From Candidatus Hadarchaeota archaeon (lineage in GTDB: Archaea > Hadarchaeota > Hadarchaeia > Hadarchaeales > JAGGTB01): a DNA stretch of 64,000 nucleotides. This document shows, piece by piece, positions 1 to 8,680 of the stretch. The stretch lies in the NCBI GenBank assembly GCA_964608515.1, contig CAZSNS010000004.1, forward strand, positions 1,600-65,599. Direction: 5' to 3'. Numbering within the stretch: position 1 is the stretch's first letter; every line of letters starts with the position of its first letter. The notes beneath the pieces were generated by a model, which was not told the DNA's origin, searched no databases, and was given only the letters and a program-made list of their open reading frames with translations. The translations under genes and the position numbers were made by a program.

Positions 1-515
1 TAGGACCCCTCAACCTCTTCCATACAGTATTTTACAGCATCAGACAAATCACCGTTTTTGAAACCTTCCAATAGTTTCTTGCAAAGAAGTTCCGTGTCGG
101 AAGTTGATGAAAGACTTCCAAACTTCTCCTTAAGGTCCTCTCTCAACTGAGTATTGTTAACTAAATTACCATTATAACCAATCGCTATTTTCCTTCCGTT
201 ATGCTCGTCGACATACGGTTGAATATCTTCCCAAAGCTTATCTTTCTCTCCAGAGGTAGCATATCTAACATGGCCAATGCCGACAAAACTTTCTAAGTCC
301 TCTATATCCTTAACTGATCCTCCATTCTTGACGGGGACCAATCCCATTCCATTAACTGTTCTGAACTCATTATCCTGAAAAGTAAGCAGGCCATAAGATT
401 GATGGCCACGATGATTCTGGGAAATCATACCCCAGTATAGAGAAGAAGATACATCGCCTTTCTCAAAATCATATGCTCCAATAATTCCGCACGCTTCTTT
501 TGGATTATCCGACAT
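1..515 (-). CDS. purF: Amidophosphoribosyltransferase (5' part; runs off the window start)
   Basis: Minus strand from ATG at 515 reads MSDNPKEACGIIGA..., then QNHRGHQSYG, GIGHVRYATSG and IGYNGNLVN; Ntn glutaminase with a short propeptide; next to purE/purC. Confidence 0.93.
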   Translation of the reverse strand, partial: MSDNPKEACGIIGAYDFEKGDVSSSLYWGMISQNHRGHQSYGLLTFQDNEFRTVNGMGLVPVKNGGSVKDIEDLESFVGIGHVRYATSGEKDKLWEDIQPYVDEHNGRKIAIGYNGNLVNNTQLREDLKEKFGSLSSTSDTELLCKKLLEGFKNGDLSDAVKYCMEEVEGS

Positions 516-577
516 TCACATAATCCTTTTCGTGAGATGTTAAATGGTTTTCCATAGAAAATTAGAAAAATAGAAAT

Positions 578-1060
578 TCAAAGACTATCTTTAAGGATCT
601 TATCACTATCTTCAATTCTTTCCCTCAATCGTTCTCGGTAAGATTCTATCCTTTCAGAAAGGGAAGGCTTCTTAAGAGCAAGAATTTTCAAAGCAGCAAG
701 AGCAGCATTCTCCGGATTTAAAACCACAAGAGGTCCGACACCGCTCGGCATTCTTAGAGATGAGAAAATGTCCGATCCTGAAAACTTGTCCGAATAGGGT
801 GGACAAGCTATTACGGGAAAGGTCGTATTCGCATCCACAAAACCAGAGAGGGCATTAGAACGACCTGCTACTGTTATGTATACTATTCCTTCTTCGTCTT
901 CGTATTCTTCTATTATGTTTAGAACTTTTTCTGGTGTCTTATGAGCTGAAGCTATTCTAAGCGTAAAGTCTACATCAAATTCATCTAAGAAATCAGTCGC
1001 GGGCTTAATGAATTCTCGATCCTTTTTGGATCCCAAGATGAATATAACTTCTTCAGGCAC
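578..1060 (-). CDS. purE: AIR carboxylase / N5-CAIR mutase
   Basis: GSKKD, SAHKTP, AGRSNALSG, PVIACPP and SSLRMPSGV motifs. Confidence 0.95.
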   Translation of the reverse strand: MPEEVIFILGSKKDREFIKPATDFLDEFDVDFTLRIASAHKTPEKVLNIIEEYEDEEGIVYITVAGRSNALSGFVDANTTFPVIACPPYSDKFSGSDIFSSLRMPSGVGPLVVLNPENAALAALKILALKKPSLSERIESYRERLRERIEDSDKILKDSL

Positions 1061-1122
1061 AAGATAAATGATTAGTTAAAAACTATTTAAATTTCTGTGT
1101 AACATTTCCCGGCGCTAAATAA

Positions 1123-2145
1123 TTATAGAGAATTTTTCAAATCTTTAACTACTTTTTTGAGGTCTCTGACTTCAAACAATTTTCTTCCTATGTATTTGTT
1201 TGCACCAGCCTGATACATTTCGCTAACTAACTCTTCTATTCCGAGAGGACTAGGACTTTTATCTACTAGCTTTTTCCAGTTTTTTATCCCTTCGTTTTTC
1301 GCCTTTTCCTTAGCTTCTTTAACTTCATCAACCCAATCAGGTTGTTCTTTCCTGTAAGCTTGCCTCAGTACTTCCTTACTAACTTGAACCGAATCAAAAG
1401 TAAACCTGGCCTCATCGAAAGTTCCAGCAACATCACCGACCACAATATTCCCATCGATATGAAGAAACTCTAGTTTGCCATCATCATGCCTCATACCCAA
1501 ACTCTCTGCCCTTTCTGTAATCGCTTGATTAGACTTATTAGCTAACTCAAAAACTTTTTGAAGAGAAATACCTGAAATCCGTTCAGCCTCTTCATCATCA
1601 ATATACCTATCTTGTTCCTCAAGTTTCGTAGAAGCCTCAACAACAGGATTATCCAAAGAAACAGGACTTTCCGGCCATTCTTTCATGTCCAGTTCTAATT
1701 CTTGAGGAGTGTATCTTCTCCTAGCGGAAGAGCCCTTGGGTATCCTGTTTCGATATATGATTTCAAGTGGGATCAAATAGTTATTTACTGAAGGGTTTTG
1801 AAATTTCGAGTAATCATATTCACCGTTCCTAAATTCCGGTTCTAGTACGTTTACTAGTTTTATGTGCATTTTTTCGGAAGGACTGTCAAGTTCATCTAAT
1901 TTTTTTATCTCGCCGTCTTCTTCTAATCCAAGATAGTGAGTTTTTATCCCTTTCTGTTCTAGTATTTCGAAAGTGTAGGCACCCATAAGTGCTAAGGATT
2001 CACCCTTTCTATCTATGTTTACCGGCATTTCACCCCAATCAAAAACGGAATATCTGTCAGAAAAGTGAAAGATTGCTCGTCCCGGTTTATCAGAAGTAGG
2101 TTCCTTTATTACTTCTAAATCCTTTACACTTCCCATCTTTATCAC
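1123..2145 (-). CDS. purC: SAICAR synthetase (archaeal long form)
   Basis: GSVKD, FSDRYSVFDWG, STKLEEQD, DGKLEF, GTFDEARF, SKEVLRQ. Confidence 0.93.
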   Translation of the reverse strand: MIKMGSVKDLEVIKEPTSDKPGRAIFHFSDRYSVFDWGEMPVNIDRKGESLALMGAYTFEILEQKGIKTHYLGLEEDGEIKKLDELDSPSEKMHIKLVNVLEPEFRNGEYDYSKFQNPSVNNYLIPLEIIYRNRIPKGSSARRRYTPQELELDMKEWPESPVSLDNPVVEASTKLEEQDRYIDDEEAERISGISLQKVFELANKSNQAITERAESLGMRHDDGKLEFLHIDGNIVVGDVAGTFDEARFTFDSVQVSKEVLRQAYRKEQPDWVDEVKEAKEKAKNEGIKNWKKLVDKSPSPLGIEELVSEMYQAGANKYIGRKLFEVRDLKKVVKDLKNSL

Positions 2146-2227
2146 TCATATTTTTCTTTAAACTATAATTAAATCTGTTTATCGAAAACGGTTTTATTAT
2201 CACAAAATAAAACGTTTAAAACAACCT

Positions 2228-3328
2228 ATGATTGGTAAGAAAAAGATTGATGAGAAAATTTCCGAGTATGGGGATGACCTAACTATAGGAGTCTTGTGTT
2301 CTCATTCGGCACTCCAAATAATACACGGGGCTAAACTGGAAGGATTTAAAACGATTGGAATTTGTCCGGAAGAGAGGAAAAGAACTTATAATGCATTCCC
2401 CCGGGCCAGACCGGATGAGTTTTTGGAGGTTGATGAATTTGGGAATGTGCTCGATGAGGAGAATCAGGAGAAACTATTGGAGGAGAATACGATTATTATT
2501 CCTCATGGTTCTTTTGTGGAGTATGTGGGTGCTGAGAATCTTTTGAGAGAGTTTGAAGTTCCTATTTTTGGAAATAGAGATTCTTTGAAACAGGAGGGTA
2601 AGAGAAGTAAGCAGAGAGATTGGTTGGAAAAGGCGGGTGTTAGTATGCCAAAGTATTACGATGATCCTTCAGAAATTGATGAGAAAGTTTTTGTGAAATT
2701 TAGTGGGGCTAAAGGCGGAAGAGGTTTCTTTACTGCTAAGTCAGAAGAAGAGTTCGATGAAAAAATACAAGATAGATTGAACGACGGGATTATATCCGAG
2801 GAAGATTTAGAAGATATTGCCATTCAAGAATTCGTTCCCGGTGTAAGGTATTATCCTCATTATTTTTACTCAGTTTTTAACAAACAGGGAGCTGAAGTCG
2901 GTGAAGGTGCTCTTGAAATTCTTGGAATGGACCGTCGGATAGAACCTATTGACGAAGTTTATAGAGGATTGCCTGAAGTTTCCAACGAATTTTTTGATTA
3001 CACCGTGACTGGAAACGAACCTCTAGTAATTAGGGAAAAATTACTCGTTGATCTAGTAGAGATAGGGACAAAAGTAATCGAAGAATCTTCGGAACTTTTC
3101 CCTCCAGGATTAGTGGGTCCTTTTTGTCTTGAAACAGTATATCATCCTGAGAGAGGCTTTACTGTATTTGAAATTTCAGGAAGGATTGTAGCGGGCACGA
3201 ACTTGTTTACTCAAGGGTCTCCTTATTCTTATTATTATTTTGAAGAACCTATGTCTACAGGAAGAAGAATAGCAAGAGAAATTAAGGAAGGAAAAAAAAG
3301 AGAACAGTTAGAGAAAATAATTTACTAA
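2228..3328 (+). CDS. purP: FAICAR synthetase (formate-dependent ATP-grasp)
   Basis: SHSALQI, IPHGSF, GAKGGRGFF, GPFCLE, FEISGRIVAGTN, MSTGRRIAREIK. Confidence 0.9.
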   Translation: MIGKKKIDEKISEYGDDLTIGVLCSHSALQIIHGAKLEGFKTIGICPEERKRTYNAFPRARPDEFLEVDEFGNVLDEENQEKLLEENTIIIPHGSFVEYVGAENLLREFEVPIFGNRDSLKQEGKRSKQRDWLEKAGVSMPKYYDDPSEIDEKVFVKFSGAKGGRGFFTAKSEEEFDEKIQDRLNDGIISEEDLEDIAIQEFVPGVRYYPHYFYSVFNKQGAEVGEGALEILGMDRRIEPIDEVYRGLPEVSNEFFDYTVTGNEPLVIREKLLVDLVEIGTKVIEESSELFPPGLVGPFCLETVYHPERGFTVFEISGRIVAGTNLFTQGSPYSYYYFEEPMSTGRRIAREIKEGKKREQLEKIIY

Positions 3329-3338
3329 AGGTGATGTT

Positions 3339-4547
3339 ATGTCGAAACGTGAAGAAATTGAAAGGTCGAAAGTTCAGGAAATAGCTTCTGAATACGATCC
3401 TGAAAATATTACAATTGGTATTTTCGGTTCTCATTCCGCCTTACCGATTGGTTATTCAGCTAAAAAGGCTGATTTTTCCACGATGATTTTCACAAAAAGT
3501 GGCAGAGAAAGAACCTACGCCGAACACAACTCAGCCTTATATGATGACATTATGGTGCTGGACGATTGGGAGGAAATGCTTTCAGAAGAAAAACAAGGAA
3601 AAATGAGAGAAAAAAACGTAGTGTTTATCCCGAACAGGTCCTTCGTCGTGTATGTGGGTTTAGAAAATATAGAATCCGATTTTAAAGTGCCTCTTTACGG
3701 AGCCAGACACTTATTACGGGCTGAAGAAAGAAACGCATCTCCGCCGAGAAACCAGTATTATTTATTAGAACAATCCGGGATAAGAACACCTAAACTTTTC
3801 GATAATCCTGAAAATATCGATAGACTCTCCGTTGTAAAAGTCCATCAAAAAGACAACCCTCTAGAAAGAGCTTACTTCTACCCCAGCAATCCAGAAGAAT
3901 ACCATCAAATGGCTGAAGAAAAAATTGAATCAGGAGAAATAAGTGAGAAAGGGTTGGAAGAGGCAGCGATAGAGGAATTTATTGTTGGTCCTATGTTGAA
4001 TGCTAACTTTCACTCGTATGCATTGAATCATTCTGATTCGAAAATATTTTCGAACGATATTGATTTGGTTGGTTTCAGTGATCGAGAGCAAACTAACGAG
4101 ACAGGTTTTAGAAACCTTCCTGCTGATTTACAGTTGGAGCTTTCGGAGAAAGATCTTACCCGGACGAATGAGGAAATCTGTCACCAAGGTAAAACTCTTA
4201 GAGAATCGAAACTGGAAATGATTTATGAAACTGCAGAATCACTTATGGAGACTTTAAATGAAGAAGTCCCGCCGGGAATGATTGGGCCGATTGGTATTCA
4301 GGGTGCGGTTCCTACTGATGAGGGTAATCGTCCTGAGTTTGTGGTTTTTGATTTGAGTTTTAGGGTTCCTGGTGATCCTGCGATGGGTCCGACTTCCCCA
4401 TATCTTAGGTATTTGGATGTTAAACATTCTGAAATTTATGGTGAGTTTATGCCTTCCGATTGGAAGGTTGAGGATCCGGTTGATTTGTCAATGCTTGAGA
4501 TAGGAAAAGCTGCGGAAGAAGGAATTTTGGAGAAAATAGTTTCTTGA
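3339..4547 (+). CDS. PurP-family paralogue (ATP-grasp, DUF1297 type)
   Basis: GSHSAL, IPNRSF, LERAYF and FDLSFRVPG motifs of the second archaeal PurP clade; tandem with purP. Confidence 0.85.
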   Translation: MSKREEIERSKVQEIASEYDPENITIGIFGSHSALPIGYSAKKADFSTMIFTKSGRERTYAEHNSALYDDIMVLDDWEEMLSEEKQGKMREKNVVFIPNRSFVVYVGLENIESDFKVPLYGARHLLRAEERNASPPRNQYYLLEQSGIRTPKLFDNPENIDRLSVVKVHQKDNPLERAYFYPSNPEEYHQMAEEKIESGEISEKGLEEAAIEEFIVGPMLNANFHSYALNHSDSKIFSNDIDLVGFSDREQTNETGFRNLPADLQLELSEKDLTRTNEEICHQGKTLRESKLEMIYETAESLMETLNEEVPPGMIGPIGIQGAVPTDEGNRPEFVVFDLSFRVPGDPAMGPTSPYLRYLDVKHSEIYGEFMPSDWKVEDPVDLSMLEIGKAAEEGILEKIVS

Positions 4548-4551
4548 ACTA

Positions 4552-5061
4552 TTAATCGTCTTTCTGTGTTTCATCTTCTTTTTCTAGCTTATTTTTTAAT
4601 TCTTCACACCATTCTTCGATCTTTTTTGTTTTCTCTTCCTTGTTTTTCGAAACTTTACTAACCACAAGTTTTCCGATTGGTTTTTGATCATTTGCCAATT
4701 CTTGCATAATAGAGAAAGTGTTTTGGGTTTCATCCGAATCATTTGTATTGAAAAAAGCGATACGGTTATCTGATAAATCAAATCTTTTGAGATAAACCCT
4801 CATAGCCGGCGGTAATTTTCTCGCCCAGACCGGGCAACCAAGTAATACTAAATCATAATCATTTGGCGAAAACTCTGGAGGTTTAATTTCTGTCTCACCT
4901 GCCACCATCGCCTCAACCGCCGATCTTAAAAATCCAAATTTTCCAGTTCTATCTGTTTTGTCTATTATCTCTTCGATTTCTGCATCTAAGAATTCTGCTA
5001 TTTTTTCGGCTACAGATTGAGTTTTTCCTGATCGGGAATAGTAGATTACTAGTGGGTTCAT
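4552..5061 (-). CDS. Flavodoxin-like protein
   Basis: YYSRSGKT FMN loop and GCPVWA. Confidence 0.85.
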   Translation of the reverse strand: MNPLVIYYSRSGKTQSVAEKIAEFLDAEIEEIIDKTDRTGKFGFLRSAVEAMVAGETEIKPPEFSPNDYDLVLLGCPVWARKLPPAMRVYLKRFDLSDNRIAFFNTNDSDETQNTFSIMQELANDQKPIGKLVVSKVSKNKEEKTKKIEEWCEELKNKLEKEDETQKDD

Positions 5062-5094
5062 TCTGGTTTTTGTTTTGTGTTGGTTTGATAAATG

Positions 5095-5120
5095 TTTTTT
5101 GTTATGGGTGTAACAAAAAA
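5095..5120 (+). repeat. Palindromic element copy 1 (TTTTTTGTTA-TGGGTG-TAACAAAAAA)
   Basis: Read directly; 10-bp inverted arms around an invariant asymmetric 6-bp core. Confidence 0.97.
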
Positions 5121-5167
5121 TTTTGAAGAATGTTTTAAAGGATAATAGTAAATTTTAGAACGATTTT

Positions 5168-6556
5168 ATGAATTCGAAAGAAGGATTGACTATTTTAGTT
5201 TTAATTTGGATCATTACTTTGCCCGTATTTCATCATTTTTACCCTTTCGTAGGGGAAGTTACTGATAATCCTTCATACCCTCCTGGGATAGACCATTCTA
5301 CTAGAGAAAATAGGTACAAAAATTACAATCAGTTGGCGAGTAAGATTGATGAAAATATTCCCGTTTTTAATGTTATTGGAAATCATGAATTGAAATCTAT
5401 CGAAAATTATGAGGAAGTTCATAACGATTATTATGGATATTTTCAATACTCGGACAAACCTTCAGCTGCCCCTAATAGTTTATCTCCATATTATTGGTAT
5501 TCCTGGAACCTTAACGGTTACCACTTTATCGCGCTAAATACAAACGAAAATTATACAAATCCATTTCTTCATGGTCACGGCCCTAAACATTTTTTTGGCG
5601 GAGCTTTTTCGATGACCAAAAAACAAATTGAATGGCTTAAGAATAACTTGAAAAAAACTGAAAATCCGACAATCGTCTTTTGTCACGTTCCTCTGGACGG
5701 TTACGGTCTGACAAGTTATGACACTCTCACTAATCAAGAGAAAATAAGAAATATTTTTGAAAAAAGCGGTAAAGTTGCGGCAGTTATTCAGGGGCATACA
5801 CATCATATGGCTAGTCCTGAATATAACGGGTATAAATGGGTTGATAATGGAATTCCTTATTTTTATTTACCAGCTCTAGGCTCACCTCTCGGCGGGCCTA
5901 GATATTCTGTTTTGAATCTAATGCCTGAAAAAAAGAGGATTGAGATTAGAACTGAAGCTATAGAAGAGGTAACTTCTCTTTTTTCGGATGAAAATTGGAA
6001 TGTTTCTTATCAAAAAAATCATGCTGAATCTTTCAAAATAAAAACTAGTTTCCACGTTTCTGAAGGTAAGAATCATTTTACTCTTAGAGACTTAGATTCA
6101 GATGTAGAATATGAAGCTAGTATTGGTTGGGAAAACTATACAGAGAACGAAATGGGAGATGTTGCAAATAAAGTTTTGAAAAAAAGAATTGTTAAAGGTC
6201 AGAGTAAAAATTTCAAGTTTAAACCCACCGAAAGTTTTGATTTCAGTAACATCGCTGGGGAAGATAATAAACCAGTTAAGATAGAGAACGTTAAGACTGT
6301 CGGTGATGTGACTAAGATCATTTACAGTTCAAGCTCCGAACTCTTCAAAACAAATCTCCAAATAAATAATTCAACTTCAAGAAATGTAGAAATTGCTGTT
6401 ATCAACGATTTTCACTCGGGTCCAAAAAGACTAGAATTATTTTCCCAAGAAAATGCAAACCGAATTTTTAAAAAATTTTCAGGAATTGTAAATTCACAAA
6501 AATTCAATTTTGTTGTAAACAATGGGGACTGGATAGACGGTCACCAAGCGAGGTAG
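5168..6556 (+). CDS. Membrane-anchored or secreted calcineurin-like metallophosphoesterase, circularly permuted
   Basis: N-terminal hydrophobic segment; GNHE, FCHVP and GHTH in the N-half; INDFH and NGDWID at the extreme C-terminus. Confidence 0.8.
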   Translation: MNSKEGLTILVLIWIITLPVFHHFYPFVGEVTDNPSYPPGIDHSTRENRYKNYNQLASKIDENIPVFNVIGNHELKSIENYEEVHNDYYGYFQYSDKPSAAPNSLSPYYWYSWNLNGYHFIALNTNENYTNPFLHGHGPKHFFGGAFSMTKKQIEWLKNNLKKTENPTIVFCHVPLDGYGLTSYDTLTNQEKIRNIFEKSGKVAAVIQGHTHHMASPEYNGYKWVDNGIPYFYLPALGSPLGGPRYSVLNLMPEKKRIEIRTEAIEEVTSLFSDENWNVSYQKNHAESFKIKTSFHVSEGKNHFTLRDLDSDVEYEASIGWENYTENEMGDVANKVLKKRIVKGQSKNFKFKPTESFDFSNIAGEDNKPVKIENVKTVGDVTKIIYSSSSELFKTNLQINNSTSRNVEIAVINDFHSGPKRLELFSQENANRIFKKFSGIVNSQKFNFVVNNGDWIDGHQAR

Positions 6557-6559
6557 ATT

Positions 6560-7003
6560 ATGGAGAATTCCGTAAATTTAGACTCTCATTCCGAGAAAAA
6601 TGTTCTTGGGAGGCGGATAATCGGCGCTATTATTGATATCTTGTTAATCGTGCCGATTACATCCTGGATACTTTATTTTTGTCATAAGTTCGGTTTGATT
6701 GATTTAGGATCTATAGCTTATATTTTAGCAATTGGAACATTTGTCGGCTTATTGTTCATCTACACCTCTCTTTCAGAGGGGAAATCAGGACAAACTTTGG
6801 GCAAAGTAATTGCTAAAATTAAAGTTGTGAAAAAAGACGGGCGCGAATGTACTTATAAAGCATCATTGGTTAGAAACTTAGTCAGAATATTCCCCGACGG
6901 TTTATTTTTATATCTCGTCGGTTTAATTTCCATGATTTTCTCAGATAAGTCTCAAAGACTGGGAGATTACATGGCTAGTACTATTGTGGTGAAAGTTGAG
7001 TAA
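6560..7003 (+). CDS. RDD family membrane protein
   Basis: RRIIGAIID, GQTLGK, QRLGD. Confidence 0.92.
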   Translation: MENSVNLDSHSEKNVLGRRIIGAIIDILLIVPITSWILYFCHKFGLIDLGSIAYILAIGTFVGLLFIYTSLSEGKSGQTLGKVIAKIKVVKKDGRECTYKASLVRNLVRIFPDGLFLYLVGLISMIFSDKSQRLGDYMASTIVVKVE

Positions 7004-7004
7004 T

Positions 7005-7030
7005 TTTTTTGTTATGGGTGTAACAAAAAA
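7005..7030 (+). repeat. Palindromic element copy 2
   Basis: Same 26-mer, directly after the RDD stop codon. Confidence 0.97.
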
Positions 7031-7073
7031 TTTGAAGTGGGTAAATTTATTTGTGTTGTCCTGATGAGGATAG

Positions 7074-7631
7074 ATGGAGTCAGATATTTTGGCTGAAGAA
7101 AATGAAGAAGAAATAGAAGAAGAGGTAGAAGAAACCGAAGAAGTAGAAGAAGAGATCGAAGAGGAGCCGGAAGAGGAAGAGCCGCAAGAACTTGATAATA
7201 GTGAAATTGATGCTGTGCCGATGATTATGTGTTCTGACGATTCTGTTTTGATGGAAATTGAAGGAACTGAAATCAAGGAAACAGAGGAAAGGAGTTTTCT
7301 CTTTTCGACAAGTACTGAAAGTCATATGAATCTGAAGTATGTTTGTCCCAAATGTGGAAGACATTACTTCTACGACATGGAGCAAAAAAGACAGGGATGC
7401 TTTATAGCCACTGCAGCTTACGGAACTCCCTTCTCTCAAGAAATAAATGTACTTCGTAGATTTAGAGACTCTTATCTTGTACATAGAGAATGGGGACAGG
7501 AAATTGTTAACATGTATTATACCATCTCCCCGCCGATAGCTAATATTATTGAAAAAGACGATAATCTTAGAAAAATAGTCAGAACTTGCCTAAAACCCTT
7601 AGTAGAGCTCTTCAAAGAAAAAGATTCATAA
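7074..7631 (+). CDS. Acidic protein with CPxCG knuckle and C-terminal CFI-box-CTERM domain
   Basis: Glu-rich N-terminus; CPKCG; GCFIATAAYG...LRRFRD...YY..SPP.A. Confidence 0.85.
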   Translation: MESDILAEENEEEIEEEVEETEEVEEEIEEEPEEEEPQELDNSEIDAVPMIMCSDDSVLMEIEGTEIKETEERSFLFSTSTESHMNLKYVCPKCGRHYFYDMEQKRQGCFIATAAYGTPFSQEINVLRRFRDSYLVHREWGQEIVNMYYTISPPIANIIEKDDNLRKIVRTCLKPLVELFKEKDS

Positions 7632-7827
7632 AAAATCAAAAACCAGTTCCATTCTTAATATTAGAGATTGGAAAACTCTTCGAAAAATCTAGATTTTAGG
7701 AACTGGATAGGCGTTTTTCGATCCGAGAAGTTAGTGTTTGGTAACAGTTTTCTCACGAATCCTAACTAAACGGGACACTTCATTCAGAATAGAATTTATG
7801 ATAAATAGCGACTCTAATAAAAGAGGT

Positions 7828-7853
7828 TTTTTTGTTATGGGTGTAACAAAAAA
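7828..7853 (+). repeat. Palindromic element copy 3
   Basis: Same 26-mer; its A-run (to 7855) abuts the stop codon at 7856. Confidence 0.97.
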
Positions 7854-7855
7854 AA

Positions 7856-8416
7856 TCAGGAAATCTTCTCACGTAACGGTCTTATCCTTTCTTCCAACTT
7901 TTTAGAAAATTCTTCATTATCAGTCCAATCATGTCTCAATAAATTTTGGCATTCCTCTACTACCCTTCTGATTCTTTGAAGTTCTTCATTTCCAACTTTA
8001 TCTCGAGAGTCTATCGATAACAAGGAATCGATCTCAGAGTTCAAAGATTCTTCTCGTGTAACCTCAACCCTCTCCAAGACCCCTTTCATAGCTTTCATTC
8101 GGTCTTCTGATGGAAGAATTCCGTCGAAGGAGTATAAGTCGATTTTTTCCCATTTAGGATCGTTGAAAAAGTTATCGAGCGAGTTTTGAGCTGATTTTGG
8201 GATGGCGATTACGCTTTTTCCTAAACGTAAGTGAGGGAGAGGGGTGACGATGCCAGGGTAAAAATTTTCATAGACATTTTCTCGACCGTTTTTGTCCTCC
8301 CTAGTTGTTTTGGAGTTGAAACCGAAGAGTTTTCTATAAAATTTAGTTCTTTTTCCTCCTTTGAATTGGAGGTCGAAACTGTAAACTCGGGCTAATGTGT
8401 TTTTTTCTATTTTCAT
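7856..8416 (-). CDS. Hypothetical 186-aa protein; N-terminal half resembles the Cas2/VapD/PaaX ferredoxin-like fold
   Basis: Start reassigned to MKIEK (8416) because the upstream extension only translates the repeats; VYSFDL...KRTKFYRKLFG...RLGKSVIAI. Confidence 0.6.
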   Translation of the reverse strand: MKIEKNTLARVYSFDLQFKGGKRTKFYRKLFGFNSKTTREDKNGRENVYENFYPGIVTPLPHLRLGKSVIAIPKSAQNSLDNFFNDPKWEKIDLYSFDGILPSEDRMKAMKGVLERVEVTREESLNSEIDSLLSIDSRDKVGNEELQRIRRVVEECQNLLRHDWTDNEEFSKKLEERIRPLREKIS

Positions 8417-8419
8417 TGA

Positions 8420-8444
8420 TTTTTTGTTATGGGTGTAACAAAAA
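8420..8444 (+). repeat. Palindromic element copy 4
   Basis: TTTTTTGTTATGGGTGTAACAAAAA, 3 bp from the ATG at 8416. Confidence 0.97.
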
Positions 8445-8464
8445 TAAAACTTGTGAACCACACA

Positions 8465-8487
8465 CCCACCCCTTCGTTTCGACTGGA
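8465..8487 (-). promoter_or_regulatory. Origin recognition box (ORB)
   Basis: Minus strand TCCAGTCGAAACGAAGGGGTGGG fits the archaeal ORB consensus with a G-string. Confidence 0.85.
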
Positions 8488-8515
8488 GTATAATAAAAAA
8501 TAAAAAAACAATTAT

Positions 8516-8541
8516 TTTTTTGTTATGGGTGTAACAAAAAA
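8516..8541 (+). repeat. Palindromic element copy 5 (between the ORBs)
   Basis: Same 26-mer. Confidence 0.97.
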
Positions 8542-8642
8542 TAAATAATAAACATAAGTACAAACAACAGTCAAGAAACAAAACAGAAAACGTCTATTAC
8601 TTATTAATAATAATTTTGCGCGGACACGGACTGATAATGGCT

Positions 8643-8665
8643 TCCAGTGGAAATGGGGGGGTGGG
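8643..8665 (+). promoter_or_regulatory. Origin recognition box (ORB)
   Basis: TCCAGTGGAAATGGGGGGGTGGG. Confidence 0.87.
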
Positions 8666-8680
8666 GTATGTTTTTCAATT

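Larger units (their letters stand above)
8465..8665. other. Candidate chromosomal replication origin (oriC)
   Basis: Two inverted ORBs (19/23 identical) flank 155 bp of AT-rich intergenic DNA; cdc6 lies about 7 kb away. Confidence 0.78.

Noticed and set aside
5095..5120. Palindrome as the canonical archaeal dif site
   Set aside because: The inner triplets are TTA-N6-TAA, the reverse of dif (TAA-N6-TTA), and it is multi-copy near the origin rather than single.
6941..7484. Ser-rich and Phe-rich minus-strand ORFs
   Set aside because: Antisense shadows of the Glu-rich gene at 7074.
7643..7706. CCAGTTCC...GGAACTGG inverted repeat as extra ORBs
   Set aside because: Only 8 bp match, with no GAAA core or G-string.
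5095..8541. Five repeats near a Cas2-like gene read as a CRISPR array
   Set aside because: Spacing is irregular (about 70 bp to 1.9 kb), most intervals contain whole genes, and there is no cas1 or effector gene.
8417..8581. N-terminal extension of ORF 7856..8581 with FCYTHNKK twice
   Set aside because: It is only the translation of two palindrome copies and the ORB; the real start is 8416.
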